Positions 24,478-37,400 of a stretch of DNA of 64,000 bases are shown piece after piece. Source of the stretch: Phoronis australis. Taxonomy: Eukaryota; Animalia; Phoronida. The stretch is from assembly GCA_002633005.1 (NCBI GenBank), contig NMRA01000267.1:242286-306285 (forward strand), given 5' to 3'. How positions within the stretch are numbered: position 1 is the first letter of the stretch; the number at the start of each line of letters is the position of its first letter. Position numbers and translations under genes: made by a program. A model generated the notes under the pieces. That model ran no database searches. It was not told the DNA's origin and saw nothing but the letters and a program-made list of their open reading frames with translations.

Positions 24478-26529
24478 CGTACAGCACTTTATGAAAGACA
24501 TTCGCATCTTATTCACATATTAATTTATTTATTTATGAAATATTGTTATACTCCATAAATTTTCGATAGCAAATATTTTGACGATGAAATTTGATTTACA
24601 AAAGTGACAATTTTTCGGCATCTTTTTATTCAATACTGTTGGTGAATGAATGAATATCTAGTGTGTTGTCACATCCAACTTTGAATTCTGTGAACGCTAC
24701 TGAAAGGAAATCCCAATCACCATGACCAATCTGTTGATGTTCAAGCAAATACGTATTGGAACTCCATGTACTTCGTAATATTAATCTCTAAGGGAAAAGC
24801 TTGTCACGAGTGTCCATTGTAAAATTTTGTTTTGTATACTAATCAAAGATGAAGTGCTTATTTGCGTGATAAAAACATTACCTCAATTTTTGTTGTTTAA
24901 TCTAGTCTTCTTTTCCTAAATAATATGCTGGGGTTGTAAAAATACAATTATTTTTACCCAGCGTCTTAAACTGAAATTCACACTGCCTACGTGTGTAAAA
25001 GTAACTATGATTGGTGGGCAAGGAAAAGAGAGGTCAGCTTAAAAACTTTACAAGTACATCCTCTCTTTTCCGCAGCCCAAACTACACTGACATCACCCAA
25101 ATGTGCAGATCAAAAGTCAGCACATACCTTTTTATTTGCAAAGTACGGTTCATTCACCCCACAAATAGTTAGAGAGCACGAGGCTCCCTAAGCTACCATC
25201 CATTCGTCAAACAGTAAATATCTGAGGCTCTCTAAGCTGACTAACAGCAAAATATCTTACAGTAACAATGGTTCGGCCAACCAGCATTGTACAAAGTTTC
25301 TGTTATTCTGTTGGCATCTCATTAGTGTAATTTTGATTCGATTAAAAGAAAGATAAATACTCCTAAATTACATGTACATATCTTTCAGCACTGTCCTGTT
25401 TCGACAGTAATCTTGAAAATGTTGGTAATCCGTCTTTGGAAAACAAGACTAGTAGAGAGACAATCTGCAGATTGTTCACTATTGAGAGAATACAACTGCA
25501 CATCTATTGGTCGAAACCTAAGAACACTAATTCTACTTACGTATTCAGTCACCTATGAACGCACGAGCAAAAGGCTCACTATCAGTCATTGCATTGCAGT
25601 TGACTAATTTGAAAACAAAGCACGTTTTGTATGCCTTTCAATACGTGGAAACATAATTAAGCATACGAGTCTCTTTCCTTCACTTGCTCAACCATAGTGG
25701 CGTACCTTGTCGCTTGCCGTAGCGGAAGACAATGATTGCCACCAATTTTGTACAACCTTCCGAAACACTTGGGTATTTTCGTAGCCTCAAATATCCATCG
25801 TATGTGTAGGTTATCTGCGCATGAGTGTACTTCAGTCATGTACTACTGCTATTCTGTTGTGACTTTCATCTTGAAATTGGAGAACGGTTAGCCACATGAC
25901 TGAAAATCGCACTTGGGCAAATAACGTTCACCTTCAAGGGGAATTTACCACCTTACGGCGAAAATACCCAAGGTGTTCTTGATGCCTCATGTAGTTGTCA
26001 GTTCCAGGTCATCAAATTTGCCCCCCACCCCTTTCCCGTCTCCCCATTTAGTCGAAGCATGTCCGCGTATCGTTTGTTGCGCTTCAGCCATTAATATTCG
26101 AACAACACGTAAATTCTCTCCTATGTTAGGTGCTTAACCTCTGGCCGAACATCTGACTGCAACCAATCATAAGTAAGATACAAGATTTGTTTTCGTGTCT
26201 AGAGATATTTGTTGAACATACACTTTTTCGAATTTTGAGCAAATAGGTCATCATTATGTCAATTCATTTGAGCAAACCATTCAATATGTGTATCAATCTA
26301 GTTTCCAAGGAATAACACCCACACCCTCGGGGTTTTGTAACGGATATTCTTCAATCATGCACAGGGCATGAGAGAGATTACTGGCTTCCTTGAAGTTACG
26401 TCACAATTGACCTATCGCAAGCTCCTCCCCTTTGCGAAAATTCACGTGACACTCGACAAACAAACAAGATGTCAGAGGTCATAGGCATCATAATACCAAA
26501 GACGTTAAGAACACCATTCACTTTGACCA

Positions 26530-26965
26530 CCTCCATTGTTGTGTGGTGGCGACACCTAGCGGGTGTGTGTGCGCAGACGAAGTGCGCGAGCCGTTGACCA
26601 TGGCCGATTTTAGTTTGTCAAAATCAAAATTGTGAAGTGTCTTTGTTTAAAATATTGAAAACAAAAACATGAGCAGTGTAATGGAAAAATACACATAGGC
26701 AAAATATAGAGTAAATCAAGAAATTTGGGCAGTAAAAGTAAAATAAATTACGAGAAATACATCATAAGCAAGAGGGGGATTCACTAATCAGAGGTCTGCT
26801 GAAGAAGAGGTAGGAGCAAAAACGGAGAGGGGNNNNNGGGGGCACTCCTCAACCAAAAGGTTGGGGGCGGAGATAGCTTTCTTCCCCCAATATTCCAGGT
26901 GTTAATATCAATTAATTAACAATTAAATATTAAAACTTTCAACGCACAAAGTTTGTTTTAAAATA
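26530..26965. repeat. Interspersed repeat, copy 1 (second copy 63475-64000); contains a 5-N gap
   Basis: Shared gtggcgaca.ctagcgg.tgtgtgtgcgc.gacgaagt ... ccatggccgattttagtttgtcaaa.tcaaaattgtgaag ... caatattccaggtgttaata. Confidence 0.85.
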
Positions 26966-27156
26966 AAATTGAAAAATTAAAAGGCTCTCCTCCCCCCAAC
27001 CAACAAATGTTTCCTACGCCAATGTTCAAAAGTTCCCCTTACGCCATCCAAACAGCGATCCAGATCTTTGTTTCGAAAAGTCCCACCTTACAACATTCTA
27101 CACTCCAACAGGGGGTCTGTGCCCAGTTACATGAAACAGTCCCAAATATCGACTCA

Positions 27157-27319
27157 ACAGGGGCAGATCCAGAATTTTTTAGAAGGGGGGTCGGATTTAA
27201 TATTTCTAAGAAGGGCGGCCCAAGTCAAAAATTTGACAATCCTTGCTTTGATATCACTAAAATCAAGGAACAATGGGGAATCCAGACCCCTTTGACCCCT
27301 ACCCTAGATCTGCCTGTGG
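27157..27319. mobile_element. MITE with same TIR type, 3-bp TSD (TCA)
   Basis: tca[acaggggcagatcc...agatctgcctgtgg]tca. Confidence 0.7.
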
Positions 27320-29199
27320 TCAATCTTTTGCGTATTTTTTCGTTCTTCACTGACAGTTTTATATTTTTCTATCATTTTATCTTTATTAAGAGCTCCTCCT
27401 TTGACTTATGACGTTTTGTAATAATATGACTAAAAACTAAGCCGGGCCTTAATTCAGTCAAAATATTTAGGGACTTAGCGTTGCATGAAAAGATCCCTAA
27501 GGCATATTGAGCCCTACATCGGTGGGTACTTTGGTAGTAGATGTATTACCTTGGAAATCCCATTACACTCAGTGACGATGTCGTTTGTTTAGATTTTTGT
27601 TTTGACACGGGTCTTAAAACATCAAGTCAGGAAATAAGGCGTCCTTATGTTATTTACTTTGAAGTTAGCCAATTTTACCTGCCGATGTAGGCTGAATATG
27701 CCTTTAACTAACTGCTGATTGTTGGTTTTTAAAAATGTGAATGGATTACGAGATCTGGAATGCATCGTAAAAAACTACCCTATATGGACTGTGTATTCAA
27801 TAGGCAACTTGGCTGTTTTATGGAGCATTCAAGGCAGGTTTACTGGACTGCTGGCAGGAATTTGATCTCTTGCTGGTTTTCATCCCCCTACCCCTCTTGC
27901 CTCCAGTTTCATTCACCACAACCCCCTCCCACCAATATGCTACCCATTTCAGATACCATCAGGCACGGTTGCTGGGGGTCCAGTGAATCAGTCCTAATAT
28001 AGCTATGTTCCCTCAAACTACTGCGTATTTTTTAGTTTTCTATGTTGAATTCTCAATATTATTGAACATAAGTAGGCTTCCTTCTACACTTCCTATGGCA
28101 AATTATCAAGCAGGTTATCAAACCATACAATTAATATTTATTTTGCACTGAAGTCCATACCATGATCATATAATATAGATTATTGACTATCGACAGCCAG
28201 GATGTTGACTGTATGGTATCACGACAAATAATTCAAATAAGTAATAGCGAATAACTAAAACAATAAATCAATAAACAATTAAAACAAATACATAATAATA
28301 AACAAATAATGAAAAATAGATAAAAACAAATATATGATAACATAAAATGAACAGAACAGCTTCTTAGTTAATTTAAACTTTTCTTATCTAATAAAATTTT
28401 GCTCATCATGGAAAAAAATGGGGACACTCACATAAATATATGTGTTTTCACATAAAATATGATTATAGGTGGGCACACCTGTCATTAAAGGTTGATGAGC
28501 GATGTCTCTGTTTGTAACTGGGTACACCAAATTCGGGATGGGTATATCTATATAAATATAACTGGACCCGTCGTGATGGGTCCTGTTAGATTTATATAGC
28601 TTGACCCGCAGGGATGGGTCTATCTCTAATAAAAGTAATTAAATTGTTCATGTAATTTGAGTTTATCAATCCACATCATCTGCTTTTATTGATCCACGTG
28701 GTGGTGAAAATTGACTACGTAATTAAAAATAAATGTGTCCGTGACTTAAGCATATTATCGATTTATTACATGTCATGCAGCAACCCTTGTCTGCATTTAC
28801 ATTTATGTTATGGACACATCGAGCTTAATACAATGGCCTCATCCTCATATATACATATGTAAGGCTGGAAAAACAAACCACATTATTTTGAGTTACAGTT
28901 TAAACATGGCCTCAGCATGAAGGAGAATGCTCTTTTCAACAATATTCTTGTTGGTGTCAGCACAGCTGCAAACTGGTGTTCTTCGAAGACAGTGGTCCAT
29001 TTTTAATGAGGATTTAAGTCAGTATAATTTTCAGCATTTCATGTGGCATATTTTCAGTGATACTTACCAAATGTATTTTATTACAAATTTTCAGTTTTGT
29101 TACTTATTAAACTTGTGTGGTTACTGATGAAAGAAAACAAAACAAAAAGAGGTATTTGATAACACAAAAGCTATGTAGAAACTGGTTCTATTGTGTTAC

Positions 29200-29790
29200 G
29201 AAACGAGAGTGTTTCTTGCCTTTAATTCATAGCATACCTGCATGTGAAGAGAGCAAACACAATTGCCACCTAAGCTCACTCCTCTGCACATGGCTCAGTA
29301 CTCTAATCATATTGGCACTGTTGCTCGAGTCGTGTGGTTTGTTGCTGTCCTTTAAAAACGTAACAATCGTACAAAATGCCAGTCTGAGCAGTACATGGAT
29401 AACATTGATCAATACATTACATAGGATATACATTCATGCAAAAGTGTGAGTGTAACTCAAATTGAAACTGCACTGTTGTAACTGTTTTCAGACCAAGTAA
29501 GTTTAGTTCCTGATGCTAGATGTCTGATAACAGCCAACATTCAAGGAGGATAGATGTTTTTCTAAGCACTCTTTAAGCCCTCTGCCGGGTAAAACTTATA
29601 AATTGTGTTCTTGGTAAAGTGAGTCTGGAAGGGCCTGGTCGCATACTCAAAATTCCAAAACGACGCAACAGATAATACAAAGCCAAAATACCCAGTCATC
29701 TGAGTGTAACCTGCTCAACCTTTACTAATGCTCCTACTGATCTGCCTTTGGCTGTACCCCTTTGCCTTTGAGGAGGTATCATTCATATTT
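29200..29790 (-). mobile_element. Highly decayed P-element/THAP9-like transposase fragment
   Basis: TGYFGFVLSVASF and IYKF segments resemble the TGF.GF and YKFSQD regions of P transposases; many frameshifts. Confidence 0.4.
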
Positions 29791-30534
29791 TCATAGAATA
29801 TTGTCCTGTAATAATAATATGATCACTAACAGTGTCCTGCAATTTGAGAACCAGATTTCTGCCCTGAATAACAGGCATTAAATCGATTGCCTCCCACTCC
29901 CACGCATGTTTTTGCCAGTATGACCTCACTTTCCTCGCAACAAGCTTCGGTCTACCAACATTACCCCTTTGGCTGACATCGCTCATCCACAATGGACATC
30001 ACAATATATAGCAATGGGCGATAGCCCGTCCCGCCACATAAATATCAAAGCACAGAACTATTGGTGTAAACAACAACAGAGTTAGGCCTCTTACTTAGCA
30101 ATATACCTGTCCAACATTGGTGAGACGTTATTGTAGGTTAACGTGGCAATCACTGGCCTTAAAACAGGACAACTTAAATGTAGGCCTACACACCTCACGA
30201 GTTTTCAGATTATGGAGTTTTGTAATGAGTCATAATAGAAATAATGTATGGCTTTTATTAGGGAAAACACGTGATTACCAATATTTTCTACACTATCATG
30301 TATGTGTGATTCATCCAAGAAAACACTCATGCTAACATCCGCCAGCACACAAGATCGTAACTCAAACAACTTACCTTGAGATTGAGCCTAGTCACCCTTG
30401 TCATGTGACGTATGTGTTTTTCACCCAGCATTACAACTTTAACGTACCTTTCTGATGGCATCACAAGGCCTCCTTTCTGTTTTAAATGTAATAACGTGTA
30501 AGCATTTTTGTAAGCAGGTGAGGGCACACTGATC

Positions 30535-31112
30535 CTACACGAATCTCAGGTTGATGACATGGGCAAAACCTCTTGCAAATTTGGTCAAAATCCCGAGGCT
30601 TGCATTCAGCTTTCGTAACAAATATGCAAGTTAGAATCTAATAAATAGTATTTGAATTTTGTAATATCAAAACTTAAAAAAATGTTTATAAATGACAGTC
30701 AGCAAGGTTTCACCGCAAGTGAGCACTGAATTGACCTTGAGACAGCACAGCTAGATAGTCTCGCTGCGTTTCTTGAGTTGGGGATCGTCTCCGTTCGGAA
30801 TGGACGAGGATATAGACTTCGCCGCCGAAGATGGGTCCTTTTAAGAAGTTGTTTGCATGTCCTTCCGACTGGAAGTATGTAAAGTTGCGACACCCGATTT
30901 GTCAATCATAACCTTGTCACCTTCTTGGAATTCTGGCATTGTTTGTTTGGCGCACGTTTGGTTGTTTTAGTGTTTTGCAGACGATAAAATCTAAGGCGTA
31001 TGGATGTCTACTTTGCACTTCGTGATTCGCCCATGTAATATCAAAAAATACGTACTCGGTGTAATTAACTAGTCATTTCGTAACACATTCCAGGTCATGT
31101 GAGAAAATAGAC
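30535..31112 (+). mobile_element. Hairpin-ended element family B, copy 2 (227-bp internal deletion)
   Basis: Colinear with 19850-20668; interrupts the P transposase frame between CRES and ISVPSP. Confidence 0.85.
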
Positions 31113-31384
31113 TCTCTGCATGTAGAAGATACGAGAAACTTGAGTAATTTCCTTACCAATCACCCTGCAGTGGACATAAGTTTGGTGAAAAGTTGCTGCC
31201 CTCCTTCGATAACTCTTCTGGGTTGAATGGGTCCACTTCCTCTACTGTAGCTCTTGTTGGTGACTGGTATATTGATACTGCGAGCTGGATCAGTTCCGTA
31301 TCACCTCTCACACAAAAGCTAGCTGTTGATGACACCTGGAAATGTCAGGAGTTGCTACAAGTTACAGTTTTGAATTAGTATAAT

Positions 31385-34300
31385 GGGGCTATTCGGAGAA
31401 TTCTCCTCGCGGTGTCGCTGCTGTACTAGTGGTGATTGAATTGCGCATGCGTGGCTGTCTGCATGTAAACAACTGGTAAAAGATGGAATTTTTATCAAAA
31501 TACGTCGTCGCACTAAGCCTTATTACTGCTAATTTCCCTGGTGCAAATCTTCGACAGGTGGCCACAAATTCCCAAAAGACCTAAGGTTACTATATTCGTG
31601 GACAACTGCGGTCAACAGGGTCAACTAACTGACAAAAAGTGTGTGGATGCTGAAGCCCCGTGTGTGCTCTATGACTATGCAGTTCCATTCGGAGACTACA
31701 CAACATTACTTGGTAAGTTTTTAGCAATCAGTTTCTATCAACATCGTTCGGTGATGTTATCCCCACCAGTTACCCCACTGAATAACAGTTTTATTGAGTG
31801 GAACTAAGTGTTTCTTTTTGGAAACTCACCCGATGCCGGGTAGGCTAGCAGCACATATTCATATTGTCCTGGGTGGGAGTGCTCCCAAAATAAGAGGTGT
31901 ATGGTACGTGATGCACAGAAGTCAAGAGTGACTTTTTCACAGCAGTTTCTCTTCAAAACTATGCTGTTTCCAATAAAATTCTCTAGATGAGTGAGTTTCC
32001 TTATTTTATCGTGGACCCCACCCCCAGGACCACCAGCTCAGTTATCGAATTAACATGAATAAGCCTTAATTCAGTAAATGTCGTAACATTGCATTGGAAA
32101 AAAATTGACACCTAGAATGAATTTTACTTGTTGAGATCAGAAGCACATTTTAAGTGTCATGAAAAATACACATTGTTAAATCACTTTTAGCCTGTTTCAC
32201 ATATTTTAATTCAGATATTAAATAAGACTTGGGTACAAAGGTTATTAGTTTCTACACATAAACATGAAGATGAAATGTCAAGTATGTTCTGCCTTACAAA
32301 AGTAGTTTTGTCTTGTCTTTTCTTTTACAATTTGCTAATATTTCTATTCTGTTACAGGCAAGAAAAAACAACTGAAACCAACCGCCTGACCATCTATTTC
32401 ACCGTTGGACAAAGTGAAAAGCAATCCTTCAGCAATAACCTGAGAGAATTGAACGTAATTCAGAAATTCAGCACCTGATATGCCTGATTATGGACTCCCT
32501 CGCAATGTTGTTTCTTTCTGTGCTTTTTCAGTTTGCCATTTGTTTTTAAATACACTGATAATTGTTTATTCTCGAATCTTGTGCATAGCAGATTCTTATC
32601 CAGCTAGCTACAATTGAAAACATACAATAAGACAATCGATGCAGTCACTGAATGTCATTTCCCCATAATCTGTACCAAATTGAAAAGTTTTTACCAATAG
32701 TATAAAGCCTTTCTTCTGAAAGGAAAATTTAATGTCACTCAGCTTTTGGCTTTCATTTCACTGGGTTCTAGTTTCAATGGCCTATAGAAGCGCTTGTAAA
32801 AAAGGTCCAGTTTCAACACGTGGCTTTCTTTCATGTAACCTCATTCAGCCTCAATAACATCCACAATTAGACCCTTGAAGGTAAACACAGCAGCATATCA
32901 CTTGAATCGTTTTGAGCCCAAAATCAGACTCTGAACTAGACCAGAGTGTGACTAGGTCTTCTTTAGCTTCAGTCCCTCATGTTTCTTCCAGGAAAGGAAA
33001 TAAGCTATTGTCCACACATGACTCATTGCCTATGAAAGGGCATCCTCACCAACAAGGCTTATTTGTGTAGCAGTCAGATATAGTTCGTCTGGATACACAG
33101 ACACTCCACTGGCACATTGTCTTATGGTAACTTAGTACTGCGATTCACATTTCTCCAGGGCCACTGACTTGCACATTGTGCCATGCAGCACTGCTGGTGT
33201 GTGGAAGTGCTGTGGGAAGAGAACGGAGTAACAAAGCTTGTCTATGATACAGCTTGAAGTGGCCTTAAAATGTCACTGAACCTGGAACAAATATTGAAAT
33301 ATGAATAATTAAGTACTCCAGATTGGATCAAAAATGTTATCCCTGTTTTTCAAAAATATATGGTGATTGGTCTACAGTTTCACATAAAAGTAAATAATTA
33401 CTATTTTCAGAAACCAAGGGTGTATATAATGAGTATTGCATAAAACTGTGTCTTTATTTTTTATCCCTAGCCATAACAATTCTTTAAACGCATCACTTGT
33501 CTGTAAAATATACAAGTTTTTTGAGACAACTTCAAACCTTTGTTACCCATTTTCAAGCCTTTTTAATTTTGATACTTTCAGCAATTTTAAACTCAGATTA
33601 CAGGTTCATGGGTCTGTCAAGCATACTTCTAGCCTAAGGTTGAGGGAACCGTTTTTCTTCTAATAGAAGATATGAAGACTTGGGTCATTTAAAAATGATG
33701 GATAATCTTTCTGTTGTTTAAGAGTAATTACAAATCGTAAGGCACCATCAAAAATGCAATTTTCACAAAAATGGCAGTCATTTGAATTTATAACGACTTG
33801 CAACATTTCAAGGCATGAGTTAAGACTATTCAGTCACTGTGAATTCGGAAAATGTAATATATTTTCGTGGTTTTACAATTGATACAAGTAGCAAAACAGT
33901 TTCATGAAATCAACTTGAAGGGACTTCGTGAAGGTTAAGAATTACCTCACCATGCTCTTTTCCCCAAACATGTATTACCTGTTATTTCCACACATTCAGT
34001 TGTACCAAATATTACAACCCCCCATGCCAATCCCCCCTCAGGACCTGAATAAGTAATTTAACAAAATGACTTTAAAAATAGCTGTTCCTTTTCAAAGGCT
34101 TTGTTCGTTGTCTCCAATATTGAAAGTAGGCTTTGACAACAGATCTGCACTGGATGGGAAGATCTTGTTGGTTAGCTGCAGTCAAATGCTAAAAACCAAT
34201 TTTTGTCCATTCAGGGACGGTGCAGAAGCGATGCATATCTCCTCTGCACGGTACAAGCCTTCAAACCTAAAAACCAAAGGTTACGTGAAAACTGACGTGA

Positions 34301-34895
34301 TAGATTTCCATTTCAACGTGTAATAGATTTCCAGAAGACATATGATAGGGAGTAAACAAATAGTCTAATGCAATGGATATTTATCACTCACGTACCCTTT
34401 GCCATTGGGATTGGATTGTAATCTTAACTCATTAACCTGTATCGAGTTGACAGCATAAACATTCAGCATTGATTGATGTAACTGTCACTGATAAACTTTT
34501 AGAAATCATTCCAAACAATAATAATGCTTTGATGTACGAAAAGATCCCGATTGCTACGTCAAGTATCGTATCACATATCACAACATACAAAGATTAACCA
34601 GACTCTGGCTGGCGACTGACTGCCGCGAAGTCGACATCGGCGAGTGCCTCAGTTAACAGGCATCGGTAGAATAATCATGGAATAATCGTTAAAATAATCA
34701 CAAACCTTACCTTTGTATGAGGTCGTGCTTACTTCCTCTCATAGAAGCACCCTTTTTACGCAATCTCAGATTCAGTTGGCACGGCTGCAAGCCATTTCAC
34801 CATGTATTTAAAGGGCTCGCGAAATCGAGGCTGTTAATCTATCACCACTAGTACACTCACGCCCTCTAGTTATTGTAGATTTTCCGAATAGCCCC
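31385..34895. mobile_element. ISL2EU DNA transposon, decayed (THAP on +; SAP and YqaJ exonuclease on -)
   Basis: TIRs GGGGCTATTCGG/CCGAATAGCCCC with AT TSD. THAP remnant C*FPWC..HKFPKDL..W..AVNR..RVCS at ~31523-31690. SAP-like LRKKGASMRGSKHDLIQR at ~34712-34780. YqaJ-like TPAVLHG..VALEK..LVGEDAL..LKLKK..VLKLDLFYKRF at ~32780-33215. Confidence 0.8.
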
Positions 34896-35738
34896 ATTAA
34901 TGGAATTTGCCGCACATGTGACACAAAATTCAGTTTTTTGAAACGTACAACACGTTTTACTCAAAAAGCCACACTGACATTTTCAAATACGTATATACAG
35001 TGCGTAGCTAGCCAAAGCTATGACTTTCAGTTTTCACACGGTAAAGGGTGTTGACAAAAGCTGCCAACAAGAAAGTTGTCAACAAACATTAACTTCCAAA
35101 ATACCAAATCAATCATTTCTTTTTCAATGATTTCAATGTTATTTTGAAAAGAAATATTTAACTGCAGGGCACAACAACCGGACGTTATCTTCCGAAATAT
35201 GCCCTGAAAGGTTTTTGCATAGGGGTTGTTGTTCCAGTCACCTAAAAGCACATTTTAAAAGTCACAAATTTTATCAGTACGATATTTCATGTATGAACAT
35301 AGTGTAGACTCCCTAATAAGTGGACGTGCTCAATAAGCGACCTATACCTGATTTTTAACTGTCCTTGAATAATCGCCTCCATTAAGAAAAAATGAAACCT
35401 GTGGGCTAGCACGCACAGATCTGTCACAAAATGCAATTTTAGCACAATTTTTCATCACGGTTGGCCAGAGGAACTGTTTTTGATGATGTATAAGCTATCG
35501 TTTATTTTAACACCAGAACAGGAACAAAGTAGGATCAGGTTGATATTTTACAGATGCAGTTAACAGACACTAATCTTTTTAAAAATGTTTATTTTTCTAG
35601 GGTTTTTAGGTTTTTTATACTAACTAAAGTGGAGAAGTTTTTTTCTGGTCACCTGAAAAAACCCTTGTTAATATATCCAAGCAACATCATCCACACAACA
35701 TTTCTCACATACAACCAACCACTACACAAGCTGTTACA

Positions 35739-36612
35739 TAAATATAGATTATTACATGGCGAAGTCGTTATCCCCCGTATTCTAGAGTCCGAGTGCATTT
35801 TGGAGAATTATCGCCCGAGGGGCGTTAGCCCCGAGAGTGATAATTCTCCAAAATCCAAGAGGGCTCTAAATAAGGGGGATAACGACTGAGAACGTGTAAT
35901 AATCTATTTGTAGCACATACTAAACGAGAAACATTGCAATGAATCGATCTACCTTTCTCGACTTGCCTCGACTTTGTAACTACTTTCTATGTCAGAGGCC
36001 CGGTGTCGGAGGTCGTGACCTTTTCAGAAAAGCCGAGCTATTTTGTCAAATAATGCTTTTACTCAAAATTAATTGAAAATTTAAACAAAATAGAAATAAA
36101 GTGAATCTATAAATTAAGGTTTAGCAACTATTATAGCTCACTACACATTTTATCATGCTAAGCTGCGACCGGGAAAATATCGTTTGCTAACGTAGGTTAC
36201 CACTGTTAACTGACTACAATGTTCAAGCCAAAGGATCCTGAAGACACGATATCCATATTCAAATTGGAGATCGGTGAATTACAAGTGAGAGAACATGAGA
36301 GAAAATTTTTACTAAATTAAAATATCGCTTTGATGGCAATTATGCGTCTTATTTTTCATAGCTTATAAATGTCGGTACAATGCCCTTTGTTGAACATGCG
36401 ATTGTTGCGCGTGCTCAGTTAAGTATTCTATTTTCACGTTCGATGACGTCAGCTGCTGAGTGGTGTAGTGGTAAAGTTGACGACTCGAAACCCTTGCAGA
36501 CCCGGTTCGAAACTGGCCTCGGTTCCCGTCAAAATTTTATCTCGCTAGTGAGATAACTAAATGGGTTATTACACGGTTGTATTGGCCATTCGAGGCTAAT
36601 ATTGTTGTGTAA
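35739..36612 (+). mobile_element. Hairpin/tRNA-module element family A, copy 2 (most complete)
   Basis: ~170-bp palindrome 35741-35909 (apex cccgaggggcgttagccccgag); tRNA-like module at 36455-36524. Confidence 0.85.
36455..36524 (+). pseudogene. tRNA-like sequence (A and B boxes) inside family A element
   Basis: TGGTGTAGTGG A-box, GGTTCGAAAC B-box; anticodon stem does not pair. Confidence 0.65.
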
Positions 36613-36699
36613 CCTAAACTGCTAACTTGCTCGCCTTATGGCGTTAAAGGAAAGCTCCAAATGGTCTTGTGAAAGTTTGTGAGTAAAAAACTCTGTGAA

Positions 36700-37400
36700 G
36701 ACAATAGATCCTCAACAAGTCCAAGGAGTGAATCCACCTTGACGTTGAATGAGATGCCACAGTGTCCTGGTATATAAACACTGGTGAAGAGACCATTAAT
36801 AGAGTTGAACAGAGGGATCCAGGAATCTTTCACATGACCAGTTTTTAGCCTGCTAATGAGGTTGAGGGAGTCTGTAAGTAGAAATGATCTGTCTGCAGGT
36901 GTTGTGTTCTGTGAGAGCCAGACTAGGGCGTCTTCATATGCTTCACATTCAGCTCTAAAAGACGAGGATTTTCCAACCCGTGCTGTTGACCATTCGAAGA
37001 GGCGTTGACCCTCGCGAGTCCAAGCAACTGCTGCCCAACCCGTAGTGTCACCTCTTAGTGAGCCGTGCGTTGCAACAATGATTGGGGGAGATTGTTCTTC
37101 AAGCCATTTCGATACAGTTGCTTGGTTGATACAGTCAGCTCTTTCCCGCCAATGACGGCCTCCAATCTCCATGGTGTTGATGACAATGTTTATGGCTTTG
37201 GACCACTCTATAGTATTGATGTTCTCCACTGGCCGTACCTCTTCGAGCGAGGATGGCAATACGGAGATGCAGCAAAAACTCGTATCAAGGGAAAAGATCG
37301 AAGAGTGTGTAACCAGCACGAACTTGGTTGCATCTCCAAATTTACATTGCGTGCGATACTGGAAGGAGGAGGGCCAGAGACTAACCCGGTGCCTACCCTC
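36700..37400 (-). mobile_element. Non-LTR retrotransposon RNase H domain fragment (I-group-like)
   Basis: VATHGS (TDGS-like), SSFRAE, LLTDSL, YIPGHCGI..N.KVD motifs in ORF 36636-37412. Confidence 0.8.
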
